A stretch of DNA of 63,599 bases, the filler included, from Octopus bimaculoides (Eukaryota): the NCBI RefSeq assembly GCF_001194135.2. It is 5 parts of 5 records of this genome, joined end to end, with 100 filler letters (N's around TTAATTAATTAA, not from the genome) between each part and the next. Parts side by side here need not be neighbours in the genome. Positions count along the whole stretch, not along the records: positions 16,773 to 31,989 come from NC_068989.1; positions 32,090 to 41,025 come from NW_026391907.1; 3 more parts are not named here. One strand, given 5' to 3'. Positions 24,960 through 36,995 of the stretch are shown piece by piece; within the stretch, counting starts at the first letter, position 1, and each line of letters starts with the position of its first letter. The notes beneath the pieces were generated by a model. The model had not been told where the DNA came from. It saw nothing but the letters and a program-made list of their open reading frames with translations, and ran no database searches. Position numbers and translations under genes: made by a program.

Positions 24960-25255
24960 ACTTAGGGCTTATAAAAACAAGGCTTTATATTACTCAGAAC
25001 TTATGAAACAAGAACTAACTAAATATCTGTAAACAAGCCTGGGTATTTAGGACAGGTTTATAAAAATGCTCTGGCCTAGCAATGGGCTAATGCCATGAAC
25101 TAAAAGTGGTTGTCATGCGGTGGTGACAGAGTAGGACAAACACAACAGAAACAGAAAACTATACATACTTAGATTTATGCACACACACGGACATACGTTC
25201 TAGTGCCTGATGCTGAAGAGGAAATCACTACTCCGAAATGCACGCATCACTCAGT
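24960..25255 (+). mobile_element. Decayed Penelope-like 3' end with hammerhead-like motif
   Basis: AWVFRTGL*KCSGL weakly resembles the PLE end motif WI..L.T..P.GLN. It is followed by CTGAAGA-GGA..TCC-GAAA at 25213-25238. Confidence 0.5.
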
Positions 25256-25382
25256 CTGAGTAGGAGAAGCTCCGAACTAACTTGATGTGTTTACACCTAT
25301 TTGTAAACAGCGAGAAATTTGTATATATTTTTCTCCGTGACAAAATACAGCGAATGACTTTCTTTCTCATTCGAATATGCCA

Positions 25383-25476
25383 CAGAGAAGACACTTGCCG
25401 AAGGTATTGTGCAGTGGGGCTGAATCCAAAACCACATGGTTGTGGACCAAGTTTCTTACCCACACAGTCACACCTG
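25383..25476 (-). mobile_element. SINE family A head fragment
   Basis: gaagacacttgccgaagg...gctgaatccaaaaccacatggt...cacacagtcacacctg. Confidence 0.75.
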
Positions 25477-25699
25477 TAACTACTGGAATATGTGTGTGTG
25501 TATGGTATGGTATGGTGGGGCCCTGTTAAATTTGATGATTTTTATGCCTCATTTCTACAGGAACGGCTTTATGTATTGGTGAACAGTCAATGGCGCTGGA
25601 AAGCGTCAAAATTAAAGTAGTAGTTAGGAAATGGTTACTTGATATGGAGGGCTGGAAACCGTCTGAATATTGGAAAAGAGTTACCTGTACGATGATGAT

Positions 25700-26290
25700 T
25701 CGCGCAAGATACTAAATTGCTGGTATCATGACTGCTGCTCAATGCTCTGTGAACACTGTAAAAACTATAAGACATGAGATGAACAGCTAAAACAATGACT
25801 ACGAGACCATGACCAACAGGCAGACACAGTAGGTGTTCTGAATGTGTCTACGCACCACAAGTCATCCGACAACTGATGAACAAGGCTTCAGGCTCAGTTT
25901 AGACGGCTATGTGAAGCTACTGGTGTCTGTACTCAAAACCTGACTGAAGAGTGTTGCTGCCGAAAGGCCACAATGTGTGGCAACAGGATTCGGTTCCTTA
26001 CCATACCCACAGAAAGAGTCAGAGGTGATTTTCGGAGAATTTCTACGTCTTCACTAGCTTCAATTTCTGGCCGCCTAATCCCCACCGATTTCAAACCTGT
26101 GGATTATTATGTGTGGGTCGCAAATGACAAAGTCACCAACCGCTCTGCATGCTACTCCAAAGCTGGGTTGATGACCAAGATCAAGAGGGTGCTCGAAGAC
26201 CTTCCTAAGGAGACATCGAGGGATGAATGCGCTGGGTTCTGGAGGTGTCATGAGGCCGTGGTAAAACCTGAGGGTGGCTACGTTGAGTAA
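25700..26290 (+). mobile_element. Tc1/mariner (maT/DD37D-like) transposase remnant, internally deleted
   Basis: N-terminal MTAAQCSVNTVKTIRHE. ORF 25973-26290 ends DFKPVDYYVWV...KAGLMTKIKRVLEDLPKE...RCHEAVVKPEGGYVE*, matching the SPD.NP.DYYVWG...EGGY.E C-terminus. Confidence 0.75.
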
Positions 26291-26385
26291 GCTGTCATCT
26301 CTCATTCATAATATAGTTGATATCTTTTTAAAATCTTTTTTGATTTTGAATATATATATATATATATATATATGGGGGGGGAGGG

Positions 26386-26855
26386 AATTCGCAATTTTAC
26401 AACCTAAAGGCAAAAATATATACGTTACTAAAGTGAACAACACCACTAATCAGCACCAGTATTCCTAGAAATAAGAGTCAAATCACCTCAATAGCCAACA
26501 AAAGCACTATCTTTTTGCATTTAGGTTGTAAAATTGCGAATTACCCACCCATATTATTTAAAATTTTCACTTTTACCATTTTTGAAATCATCGTATGATC
26601 TCAACGGAGAGTCTTATGAGCTCACAAAGCGAGATGGGTTTAACCCTAAGCACAGAGAGAACCACTGATGAGAGTTAAGATGCATTGATCATCAGAACGC
26701 AAAATCATCTATGATCTGGCTGTATCGGCGACCATAGGGAGCTTATCTCCCTTGTCAGCTAATTAAGATGGTGCTTTTGTTGGCTATTGAGTTGGTTTGA
26801 CTGCTATTTCTAGTAATACTAGTGCTGGTTAGTGCCTTTGTTCACTTTAATGACG

Positions 26856-26861
<6 letters not shown>
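26386..26861. repeat. Two interleaved inverted repeats (A B A' ... B')
   Basis: A 26386-26416 pairs with A' 26512-26542; B 26417-26511 pairs with B' 26765-26861. Confidence 0.85.
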
Positions 26862-26886
<25 letters not shown>

Positions 26887-26983
26887 ACATATATATGTAC
26901 ACATACACCCTAACCCTAACCCTCTCCAGCCAGGTTTTTCGTGATGCCCTTAAAGGCTGCAACTTTTCTGCACCTATACATTG

Positions 26984-27014
<31 letters not shown>

Positions 27015-27052
27015 TCATATAACCTAGGCGTATTGCATATATAAACTACATA

Positions 27053-27219
27053 TCGTTGGTATGTTTACGTTCCCGTATATTAGCGGTTCGGCAAAAGGGT
27101 CGATGAATTAATAGGCTTCCAAAGAATAAGTTCTGAGGTTGATTTCTTCGACTAAAACCCTTCAAGGCAGTGCTTCAGCATGGCCGCAGTGAAATGAGTT
27201 AAACAAGTAAAAGAATAAA
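27053..27219 (+). mobile_element. SINE family A 3' half, diverged
   Basis: ttagcggttcggcaaaag...aagaataag...cagcatggccgcagtgaaatgagttaaacaagtaaaagaataaa. Confidence 0.8.
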
Positions 27220-28774
27220 TGAATATATATGTATATATATGATATCTCCAGCTGTAAACTAGGGGATAGTTTTTGAGTTTTCAAAAATGCTTTTTCCTTT
27301 TATACAAACCGTCAACTTTAGCCCAAATACACAATATACATATATGAGCGCGTACGTGTGTATGTGTGTGCGCGCGCGTTTGTTTGTGTCTATACATACA
27401 TCTATACATAAATGTGTCTACATACATATATATAAACACACACACACACACACCTGCACATATATATATATGTATGTATGTATAATGTGTAAATATACAA
27501 TTACGCATTTACATGTCCAATTCTGCGCATGATGTAACGGTCTAATTAACAATCATTATGGTTGTATTTACATTGATACGCAATGGATAAAATGCTTAAA
27601 ATTGATATATCGTTGACTGCCTCTTCAATTTCCGGTTCCGCTTACTATATAGTAAACGATACTCGGCCGGATGTGCTAGAAGTCCAGTCTGTTCTACAAA
27701 CGGCCGACATTTCTCGGTCGATGTCAAAATATGTGAGGAAACACATTGGTATTACCTATTAAATATGATTCCTTTGGGAACAGATGTGTACTGAAGGTAT
27801 GCCTAGAGAGTATTAAATGATAAAAGGGTGGGGGGTGAGCGAATGAAAATTAGTCTTGCGTTTGTATGTCAATTGAAAACAGGTTCACAATATTTTAATT
27901 TAGTTCTTGTGCTGATATATATATATNNNNNNNNNNNNNNNNNNNNNNNNNNNNNNNNNNNNNNNNNNNNNNNNNNNNNNNNNNNNNNNNNNNNNNNNNN
28001 NNNNNNNNNNNNNNNNNNNNNNNNNNNNNNNNNNNNNNNNNNNNNNNNNNNNNNNNNNNNNNNNNNNNNNNNNNNNNNNNNNNNNNNNNNNNNNNNNNNN
28101 NNNNNNNNNNNNNNNNNNNNNNNNNNATATAAATGTATATATGTGTATTTATATATATGTATACATATATATATATACATATATATATAAATATATATAT
28201 CAATTACACATCTGTCATTTAATGTACATAACTAATCGCTGCTAAAATACAGACAGATATAAGATATTCATGTGTTACGCCTATTCCATGAGATTATATA
28301 TCTTTGCTCGTTCAAAGGAAAATCTTCCAGAAAATGGATATTATAATATTTTAAATATATATTAAATATACATAGATATAATATTAATCTAATATAGTAA
28401 ATGCGAAAACTAATTTCTGTGTCAGTGTGTCACTCTTTGACCCCCTCTCTCACTATTTAGTGACACTTCTACTATTGCTCATGCTGGTGTGAGAGTAATA
28501 GTAGGCATAGAGACGGTGAGGGCGATGGCGAAGACAGACAGAGGGAAAGAGAGAAAGAAAAAGTGAGGGAGAGAAAGAAAGACAAAAAAACGTAAGGAGA
28601 GTTGATGTTTTATTATAAATAGTAGTGTCGATGGTGGCAATGGGTGTAATAATAAGAGGGAGAGAAAGTGTGGGTATGTAAGAGAAAGAGGGACTGAACA
28701 ATGAACCAACATACTGAACACTGATGGTAATGTGGTGATACTAATAACATGAGTTATAGTTCTGATAGAACTAA

Positions 28775-29003
28775 TTTCCCGTTGCTCCAGTTCACTCAGC
28801 TATGTAAGTGAATTGTGACGTGACCGGAGCCTAGCTGTTTCGGCCTTGGCCTTTCCCTCGGATAACATTGGTGGCATGGAGAGAAGAGACTAGTATGCAT
28901 GAACGACTGCGGGTCTTCCATAAACAACCTGGCCTGCACATTCGACTCGGAGGGAAACTCTCCGGGTACAATTCCATAGTCATTCATGATCATAGGGCGT
29001 CTT
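28775..29003 (+). mobile_element. SINE family C, 5'-truncated
   Basis: gttgctccagttcactcagct...gcctttccctcggataacattggtggcatggagag...tcttccataaacaacct; reverse complement of the 9020 copy body. Confidence 0.85.
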
Positions 29004-29026
29004 ACAATGTTCATATCTTTTTCTAA

Positions 29027-29260
29027 TTTCTCTTTTACTTGTTTCGGTCATTTGACTGTGGCCATGCTGGAGCACTGCATTCAGTCGAGCAAATCGACCC
29101 CAGGACTTTTTCTTTGCAAGCCTAGTACTTATTCTATCGGTGTCTTTTGCCGAACCGCTAAGTTACGTGGACGTAAATACACCAGTATCGGTTGTCAAGC
29201 GATGTTGGGGGGGGGAGGACAAACACAGACACACAAACACATGCACACACACATACACAG

Positions 29261-29297
<37 letters not shown>

Positions 29298-29476
29298 CAT
29301 ACATACATACATACATATATACGACGGGCTTCTTTTAGTTTCCGTCTACCAAATCCACTCAAAAGCCTTTGGTCTGCCCGAGACTATAGTAAAAGATATT
29401 TGCCCAAGGTGCCGCGCAGTGGGCTGAACCCAGAACCATGTGGTTCGTAAGCAAGCTACTTTCCACACAGCCACTC
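29027..29476 (-). mobile_element. SINE family A, full length
   Basis: Reverse complement of the 10935 and 61242 copies along its length. Confidence 0.92.
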
Positions 29477-29844
29477 AAGTATGTATGTATGTATGTATGT
29501 ATGTATGTATGTATGTATGTGTGAATGTGAATAAATCTTTGAAAATGTGTATGTGTGCATGTTTCATTAATGTTTATGTTCGTGCATGTGATTAAGTGGA
29601 TATGATCAGGCCAGGAACTTCAAACGGAGGATCCCCTCGAACGTATTACAAATTGAAGTGTACTACTTATCGATGGTATTTGAGAAAAATGTGGACCAAT
29701 TTGCTTTCTATGTATTTATATCCAAATGCTTACTGTTGTAAGGCAATAGCGCAATTAAATAATAGGTACGAGTGGGGGTAAACAGAAATTTACCTAGGAT
29801 TTATTAGGCAAGGAACAAAATAGAGAAGATAATTAATTTAAAAG

Positions 29845-30127
29845 CATCAGCCTGCAAACATCAATTGGATCTATTTATTAATTATAATCATATGTAAAAT
29901 ATGAGTGAATAATACTATACTCTTACAGCTGTTTCTACTTTGGGGGTCTGTTTAACCTGTGTACAATCTCTGTATAATATTCGTAAGATGTGTCAACTTT
30001 GGCAGGATGGACCCCCCAAAGCAGAAACAGCTGTAAGAGTATAGTATTATTCACTCATTTATTCTTATTTATTTATACATATGATTGTAATTAATAAATA
30101 GATCCAATTGATGTTTGCAGGCTGATG
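29845..30127. repeat. Fold-back (~104/118-bp arms, ~61-nt loop)
   Basis: 29845-29948 versus 30010-30127. Near-identical apart from a ~13-nt A/T-rich indel and a few substitutions. Confidence 0.93.
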
Positions 30128-30950
30128 TTTGTAAATTAATTATCTTCTCCATTTTCTGTTTGCCGTATATATATATATATATATATATATATATNNNNNN
30201 NNNNNNNNNNNNNNNNNNNNNNNNNNNNNNNNNNNNNNNNNNNNNNNNNNNNNNNNNNNNNNNNNNNNNNNNNNNNNNNNNNNNNNNNNNNNNNNNNNNN
30301 NNNNNNNNNNNNNNNNNNNNNNNNNNNNNNNNNNNNNNNNNNNNNNNNNNNNNNNNNNNNNNNNNNNNNNNNNNNNNNNNNNNNNNNNNNNNNNNNNNNN
30401 NNNNNNNNNNNNNNNNNNNNNNNNNNNNNNNNNNNNNNNNNNNNNNNNNNNNNNNNNNNNNNNNNNNNNNNNNNNNNNNNNNNNNNNNNNNNNNNNNNNN
30501 NNNNNNNNNNNNNNNNNNNNNNNNNNNNNNNNNNNNNNNNNNNNNNNNNNNNNNNNNNNNNNNNNNNNNNNNNNNNNNNNNNNNNNNNNNNNNNNNNNNN
30601 NNNNNNNNNNNNNNNNNNNNNNNNNNNNNNNNNNNNNNNNNNNNNNNNNNNNNNNNNNNNNNNNNNNNNNNNNNNNNNNNNNNNNNNNNNNNNNNNNNNN
30701 NNNNNNNNNNNNNNNNNNNNNNNNNNNNNNNNNNNNNNNNNNNNNNNNNNNNNNNNNNNNNNNNNNNNNNNNNNNNNNNNNNNNNNNNNNNNNNNNNNNN
30801 NNNNNNNNNNNNNNNNNNNNNNNNNNNNNNNNNNNNNNNNNNNNNNNNNNNNNNNNNNNNNNNNNNNNNNNNNNNNNNNNNNNNNNNNNNNNNNNNNNNN
30901 NNNNNNNNNNNNNNNNNNNNNNNNNNNNNNNNNNNNNNNNNNNNNNNNNN

Positions 30951-31010
<60 letters not shown>
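30951..31010. repeat. (CT)n microsatellite
   Basis: Direct reading. Confidence 0.98.
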
Positions 31011-31012
<2 letters not shown>

Positions 31013-31651
31013 AGTTTCTCTCTCTACCATTCATAACGCACGCTCAGCCGATATCTACCACGCCTTTCTGTTGGATTCTCTCTCGAATGTTACACTGATC
31101 AAACGCGTCCGATATTTCTCTCTGACTAGGCTGTATCCAGACAAAAGTCTTTCTATATTTTCTGTCTACGCTGGTATTTTCCTTATTTGTATTTACCTTT
31201 AAATCGAAAGATAACCTCTTCGTTTATTCTCTGTATCTGTTTGTTCTAGTTAGTCATACCAGTCATTCGCGCCTCTACTGTTACTTTTCAGTCGTAAATA
31301 TTTTTTAGTGTCGCGCGTGTTGTCACTCGCATGACTTGATCTCGCATTCCAAACGAATGATACCAACTTTTTCTAAGCATCGAAATCTTAATGATCCTGG
31401 ATATTGTTGGCTGATGAAATGGGCTTATCCAGTTTTGTTTTTCATCATTTCTGTAAATGGCTGTGCACGTTATACACTATTATTGATACACACAGACACG
31501 CAGACAGACAGACTGACTGACAGATACACACACACATACACACACACACACACATATAACTAAAGTACTCTAATTATGTACTTATATAGTTGAATTATGG
31601 ATGAAACCACCGTTATACATAGTTACATATGTAAGTAATAGTAAATAACAA

Positions 31652-31677
31652 TAATAACGACAACAGCAACAACAACA

Positions 31678-31737
<60 letters not shown>

Positions 31738-31760
31738 GTAATAATAATAATAATAATAAT
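31652..31760. repeat. (AAT)n microsatellite directly 5' of the R4-like RT fragment
   Basis: Direct reading. Confidence 0.97.
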
Positions 31761-31989
31761 AACAACCTGTTTCCAGAAGAGCAGAAGGGATGCTGCAAGG
31801 GCTCATACGGCTGTAAAGATCAATTATTGATCAATAAAGCCATAACTGAAGACAGCCGCAGAAAGAAGAAAGGCCTCAGTATGGCCTGGGTGGACTACCA
31901 AAAGGCTTTCGACAGTGTTCCCCACACGTGGATTCTGGAAACACTAGCCATAAACAAGGTGGCACCAATTATCATAAAATACATAGAGC
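31761..31989 (+). mobile_element. R4/Dong-like LINE reverse-transcriptase segment, open frame, cut by a gap
   Basis: NNLFPEEQKGCCKGSYGCKDQLLINKAITEDSRRKKKGLSMAWVDYQKAFDSVPHTWILETL contains the EQ.G and W.DY.KAFDSVPH.W RT motifs, with no stop up to the N run. Confidence 0.92.
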
Positions 31990-34252
31990 NNNNNNNNNNN
32001 NNNNNNNNNNNNNNNNNNNNNNNNNNNNNNNNNTTAATTAATTAANNNNNNNNNNNNNNNNNNNNNNNNNNNNNNNNNNNNNNNNNNNNATATACATATA
32101 TATATATACATATATACATATATATATATATATACATACGTACACCACACATATACTTATGTATTTATTTTTATAGTATGCAGTATGATAGATTTATTTC
32201 GCAGCCCTTTCCCATTAGTTTCATACAGTAATTAGGTAATTAAGTAATTACTTAGCACCATTCTCATCAAAGTGGCTTGTATGGAGAAAAAAATGGTGAG
32301 AGCTCTCTACAATCAAGAGGACAACAAGTGTTGTATCTGGTGTATATTGTACTGTAAAATTAAAAAAGGGAAATGAACCTGTAAGAAATGGTCAGAGGGA
32401 GAATTCACCAAGAGTTACGTTCCTTGCCTGTTAGAAACAGAGCTAGTGAGGTTTGGATGTGGTAGGTGTTGGACGCATACATACACCAGATACAATCATT
32501 GCCGTGCAAGCCTTGTTGATAATACTTCCAGCTTGTTATACAACACAACACCATTTAGCCAACTCTGAAACATTCAATATCACAAGGATTATACCAACTT
32601 TGTTTACATTCATTTCGAAACATTGAAAACCTTTTTAGTATGAAGAAGGAAACTCTTCCTCTATCACCTGTTACTGTTCTGTAAAGAAATTATTGTAGAG
32701 GACAGAGATTTCTAATTATGACAGATTCCAAAATTATGTCAACAGCTAAACAGAGGATATAAAATTTTGTGTTTAGTTTTGGTTGTGTGAATTAAATAAT
32801 TTTCAATTAATTTGAATTTAAACCTCTGGGCTTATTAATTTTGATTGCAATAACCATTATCTGTAAACATAACATTCTCTAAAACAAGATTGTCTTAAAA
32901 ATATCTTTGAAACAATCATGGATGACATCATAATATTGCAATACAAGGCTTCCACTACAAATATATGCATGCTGTTGTTTTCTCATGAATAGGGCATATT
33001 TTGACCAAAATATTCAGATTAAAAGCAAATATTTTTGCACAAAACATTGATACAATATTTCTAATTTGTGGTGATGGTGGGATTAGAATAAAATACAGAA
33101 AAGCATAAAATATAATTTATCATAAATTATAGTCCATCATCTAATTAGGTCCAAAGGAGGGAAAGAAAGAGAATACAGAACATTGGATGTTTAGTGTTCT
33201 TCTTCTTCCATTTTCTTTTCTTTGTAATTTTATTTATTCTGCCCCGTCCGTCTGACACTTGAGTACTTTATCACATCTAGACATAAGATTGTAAGCACGT
33301 GTACACATACATATACATATATACACACACACACACATGCACACAGACAGAGAGAGACACACACACACATACACACACACACATCTCACTAGAGAGGCCC
33401 TTAGCCAACAGGTTTTGGGGTCTGATGATATGCCATAAAGCCAGGCCCTTTATTGACGTGAGACCTAAGGCAATCCCATAAACCGGCCTAATCTAACTTT
33501 AAAATATATATTTATATAAATATACATGTATATTCACATATATATGCGCATGCATGTGTGTGCACATATATGAATATTTATGCACACTTATGCATCTATG
33601 TATGTATGTATGTATATGTGTGTATGTAAATATATATATATATATATATATACATATGTAAAAATACATAGGTATATATGTATATATATGCTTGTATACA
33701 AACAGTATTTATAGTCACCAGCACACTCATTTATGTATGCATGCAAAAGTGCATCATTATTTTTATTTGTTTGTTTCCGTTTTTATTTATTTATTGAATG
33801 ACATAACGGAAAAATCTATTTGTGAAATATGAATTATCCATGGAACATTGCAATTGGCTTCATCATTAGTACCAGAACTATCCAGGGAAACACCATTATC
33901 ACCAGCATATATATATATGTGTGTGTGTTATATGGATTTATAACTATATATGGATTTATCAATGTCATATGCAGCGACTTTCTTTATATCCCATATACAT
34001 ATATATTTATACAGATATATATATATATATATCTTCATATACACGCATATATATATATATATGTTTATATATATATACATATATATATGCATATACACTT
34101 CATAAACAGGTACATGCACATATATTAATATACACGCACACAAACATCTATACATAGACATATACACACATATATAGAAATGATATATTAAAAGGAATGT
34201 TTCTTTTGATCTGTTTCAAATAATAACAATCACCAATTACCTCCCCTTAGAT

Positions 34253-34331
<79 letters not shown>

Positions 34332-34393
34332 CACGTGTATATATTTATGTGCGTATATATATGTATATACACAGACACATATATATTATATTC

Positions 34394-34626
34394 ACCATTA
34401 TCATCGTCATCGTTTAATGTCCACTTTCCATGCTGGCATGGGTTGGACGGTTTGACTGGGGTCTGACAAAGTTTCTACTGCTGGATGCCCTTCCTAATGC
34501 CAACCACTCCGAGTGTGTAGTGGATGCTGTTTATGTGCCACCAGCACAAGGGCGTCAGGCAGTACTGGCATCAACCGTGCTTGAATGGTGCCGCTGGCAG
34601 GTGAGCCAGGCAGGCGGCACTGGCAA
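34394..34626 (-). mobile_element. Interspersed repeat with RTE-like (ATG)n tail
   Basis: catcgtcatcgtttaatgtccactttccatgctggcatgggttggacggtttgac...ctggatgcccttcctaatgccaaccactcc; homologous to the 35832 and 36428 copies. Confidence 0.8.
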
Positions 34627-34648
34627 CTTTCATACAAATATATACATT

Positions 34649-34741
<93 letters not shown>

Positions 34742-34773
34742 GTATATATGTATGTATATATTTGTGTGTGCAT

Positions 34774-34965
34774 TTATTCCCCCACCATTGTTTGACAACT
34801 GATGTTGGTGTGTTTACATCCCTGTAACTTAGCGGTTTGGCAAAAGAGACCGATAGAATAAATACTAGACTTACAGAGAATAAGCGCTGGAATCAATTTG
34901 TTCAACTAAAAAGCAGTGTTCCAGCATGGCCACAGTCAAATGACTGAAACAAGTAAAAGAGTAAA
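34774..34965 (+). mobile_element. SINE family A 3' half, CpG-decayed
   Basis: Aligns to 61460-61650 with most CpGs read as TG or CA. Confidence 0.9.
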
Positions 34966-35203
34966 CAATGTGAATATCTAGAAAGTTGCTAGAAGTAAAA
35001 ATCACAATTGTCATATGTGGGCCATATTACTTACTATTACCTGTAGTGGCAAAAAAGTCCTGCAAAGCTACCTCAATTTTGACGGGTAACATGTTAGTAA
35101 ATATATAATCTATAATATGACGTATAATATACATCTGTGAGTATGCGTGTGTGTTTTATGTAAAATGTATATGTATTATATCTAATACACATACATCTTT
35201 ATC

Positions 35204-35615
35204 TTTCTATCTTTTACTTGTTACATTCATTTGACTGTGGTCATGCTGGGGCACCACCTTGAAGGGTTTTAGTCAAACAAATTGCCCCCAGGACTTAATT
35301 TTTTTTTTTCATGCCTTGTATTTATTTTATTGGTCTCTTTTGTTGAATCACTGGGGATGTAAACACACCAACACCGGTTGTCATGCGATGATGGGGGATG
35401 GGGTGGCAAACACAGACACAAAGACACACACACATTGATACATACGTACATACATACATACATACATAACTATATGTATATATGTGATGGGCTTCTTTCA
35501 GTTTCCATCTACAAAATTCACTCACAAGGCTGAAGTAGAAGACACTTACCCAAGGTGGGACTGAACCCAGAACCATCTGGTTGGGAAGCAAGCTTCTTAC
35601 CGCACAGCCACACCT
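35204..35615 (-). mobile_element. SINE family A, with deletions, CpG-decayed
   Basis: Reverse-complement 3' half, linker and head (gggactgaacccagaacc...cacagccacacct). Confidence 0.88.
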
Positions 35616-35831
35616 CATGTTATTTATAATCAATATTATATTATTGACTTCTCCCTTATTGATCTTCACAACCAGCTTTGCCCAGCTCCGCCCCATATGA
35701 GAAACATTGTGCTACTGTATGGCAATGCACACAATCTGAGTGTGTCTACGTGTATGGTTGTGTATACGTACTCATGTATATATGTGTGTATGTTTGAAAG
35801 TATGTGTATGTATGTGAGTGAGTATGTATGT

Positions 35832-36333
35832 TGACCGAGACCTTTGGCGATGTGCTGTGCTTGAGAAGACCCCACTCAAGTGAAATCGTAGTTGTGGCTG
35901 ATGCTGGTGTCATGTAAGTGGCACCCATGCCAGTGGCACGTAAAAGGCACCTTTTAAGTGTTGGACCTCACGGAGACAAAGTGGCCGATGCCAGTGGCAT
36001 GTGAAAAGCTCCTTTCGGGTGTTGGGACTGACCAGAAGCAATGACCCAAGACATTTAGCATTTTGTCATGCTTGGGAAGAAGACCCATCAAGCCAAATAA
36101 AATCGCCGTCGTGGCAGAGACTGGTGTCATGCAAATGGCACCCATCCCAGTGGCACGTATAAGCACCCATTTCACTCTCAGTGTGGTTGGCATTAGGAAG
36201 GGCATCCAGCCATAGAAAACCATGCCAAATGAGACTGGAGCCTGGTGCAGCCTTCCAGCATGCCAGCCCTGGTCAAACCATTCAGCCCATACCAGCATGG
36301 GCAATGGATGCCAAATGATGAAGATGATGATGT
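35832..36333 (+). mobile_element. Interspersed repeat with internal tandem units and RTE-like (ATG)n tail
   Basis: Repeated gccagtggcacgtaaaag/gagaagaccc modules, ending ...cagcatgggcaatggatgccaaatgatgaagatgatgatg. Confidence 0.8.
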
Positions 36334-36427
36334 TGTATATGCACATCATGCATTTATTCACACAAGTTTCATCTTCAAAATTGCTGCTGCAAACTCTAGA
36401 TTTACTCACAAGAGTTGACCATTATAT

Positions 36428-36690
36428 ATCATCATCATCATTATCATCATCACCATTCAACATTTGTTTTTCCATGCTGGCATGGGTTGGACGGTTTGGC
36501 AGGAGCTGATAAACCAGAGGACTGCAACAGGCCCCAGTCCGTTTTGGCTTGGTTTCCACAGCTGGGTGGCCTTCCTAGTGACAACCACTCCACAGAATGG
36601 ACTGAGTGCTTTTTATGCGCCACTGGGATGGGTACTTTTTATGTGGCGCCAATTTGGGTGCTCACTAAATGACGCTGGCACAGGTGCTAC
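36428..36690 (-). mobile_element. Same repeat family, opposite orientation (tail-to-tail with the 35832 copy)
   Basis: catcatcatc...ccatgctggcatgggttggacggtttgg. Confidence 0.8.
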
Positions 36691-36697
36691 TTATGTA

Positions 36698-36741
<44 letters not shown>

Positions 36742-36790
36742 TATTTATCTATTGGTGTATATATGTGTGTGTGTGTGTGTATGTTTGGGT

Positions 36791-36951
36791 AGGTGCAGGA
36801 GTGACTGTGTGGTAAGTAGCTTGTTTACCAACCACATGCTTCCGGATTCAGTCCCACTGCGTGGCACCTTGGGCAAGTGTCTTCTACTATAGCCCCAGGC
36901 CGACCAAAGCCTTGTGAGTGGATTTGGTAGACGGAAACTGAAAGAAGCCCG

Positions 36952-36955
<4 letters not shown>
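36791..36955 (+). mobile_element. SINE family A 5' half
   Basis: aggtgcaggagtgactgtgtggtaagtagc...gaaactgaaagaagcccgtc, then (TA)n. Confidence 0.9.

Positions 36956-36995
<40 letters not shown>

Noticed and set aside
26908-26923. (CCCTAA)n telomere-like repeat
   Set aside because: Fewer than three units; not evidence of a telomere or fusion.
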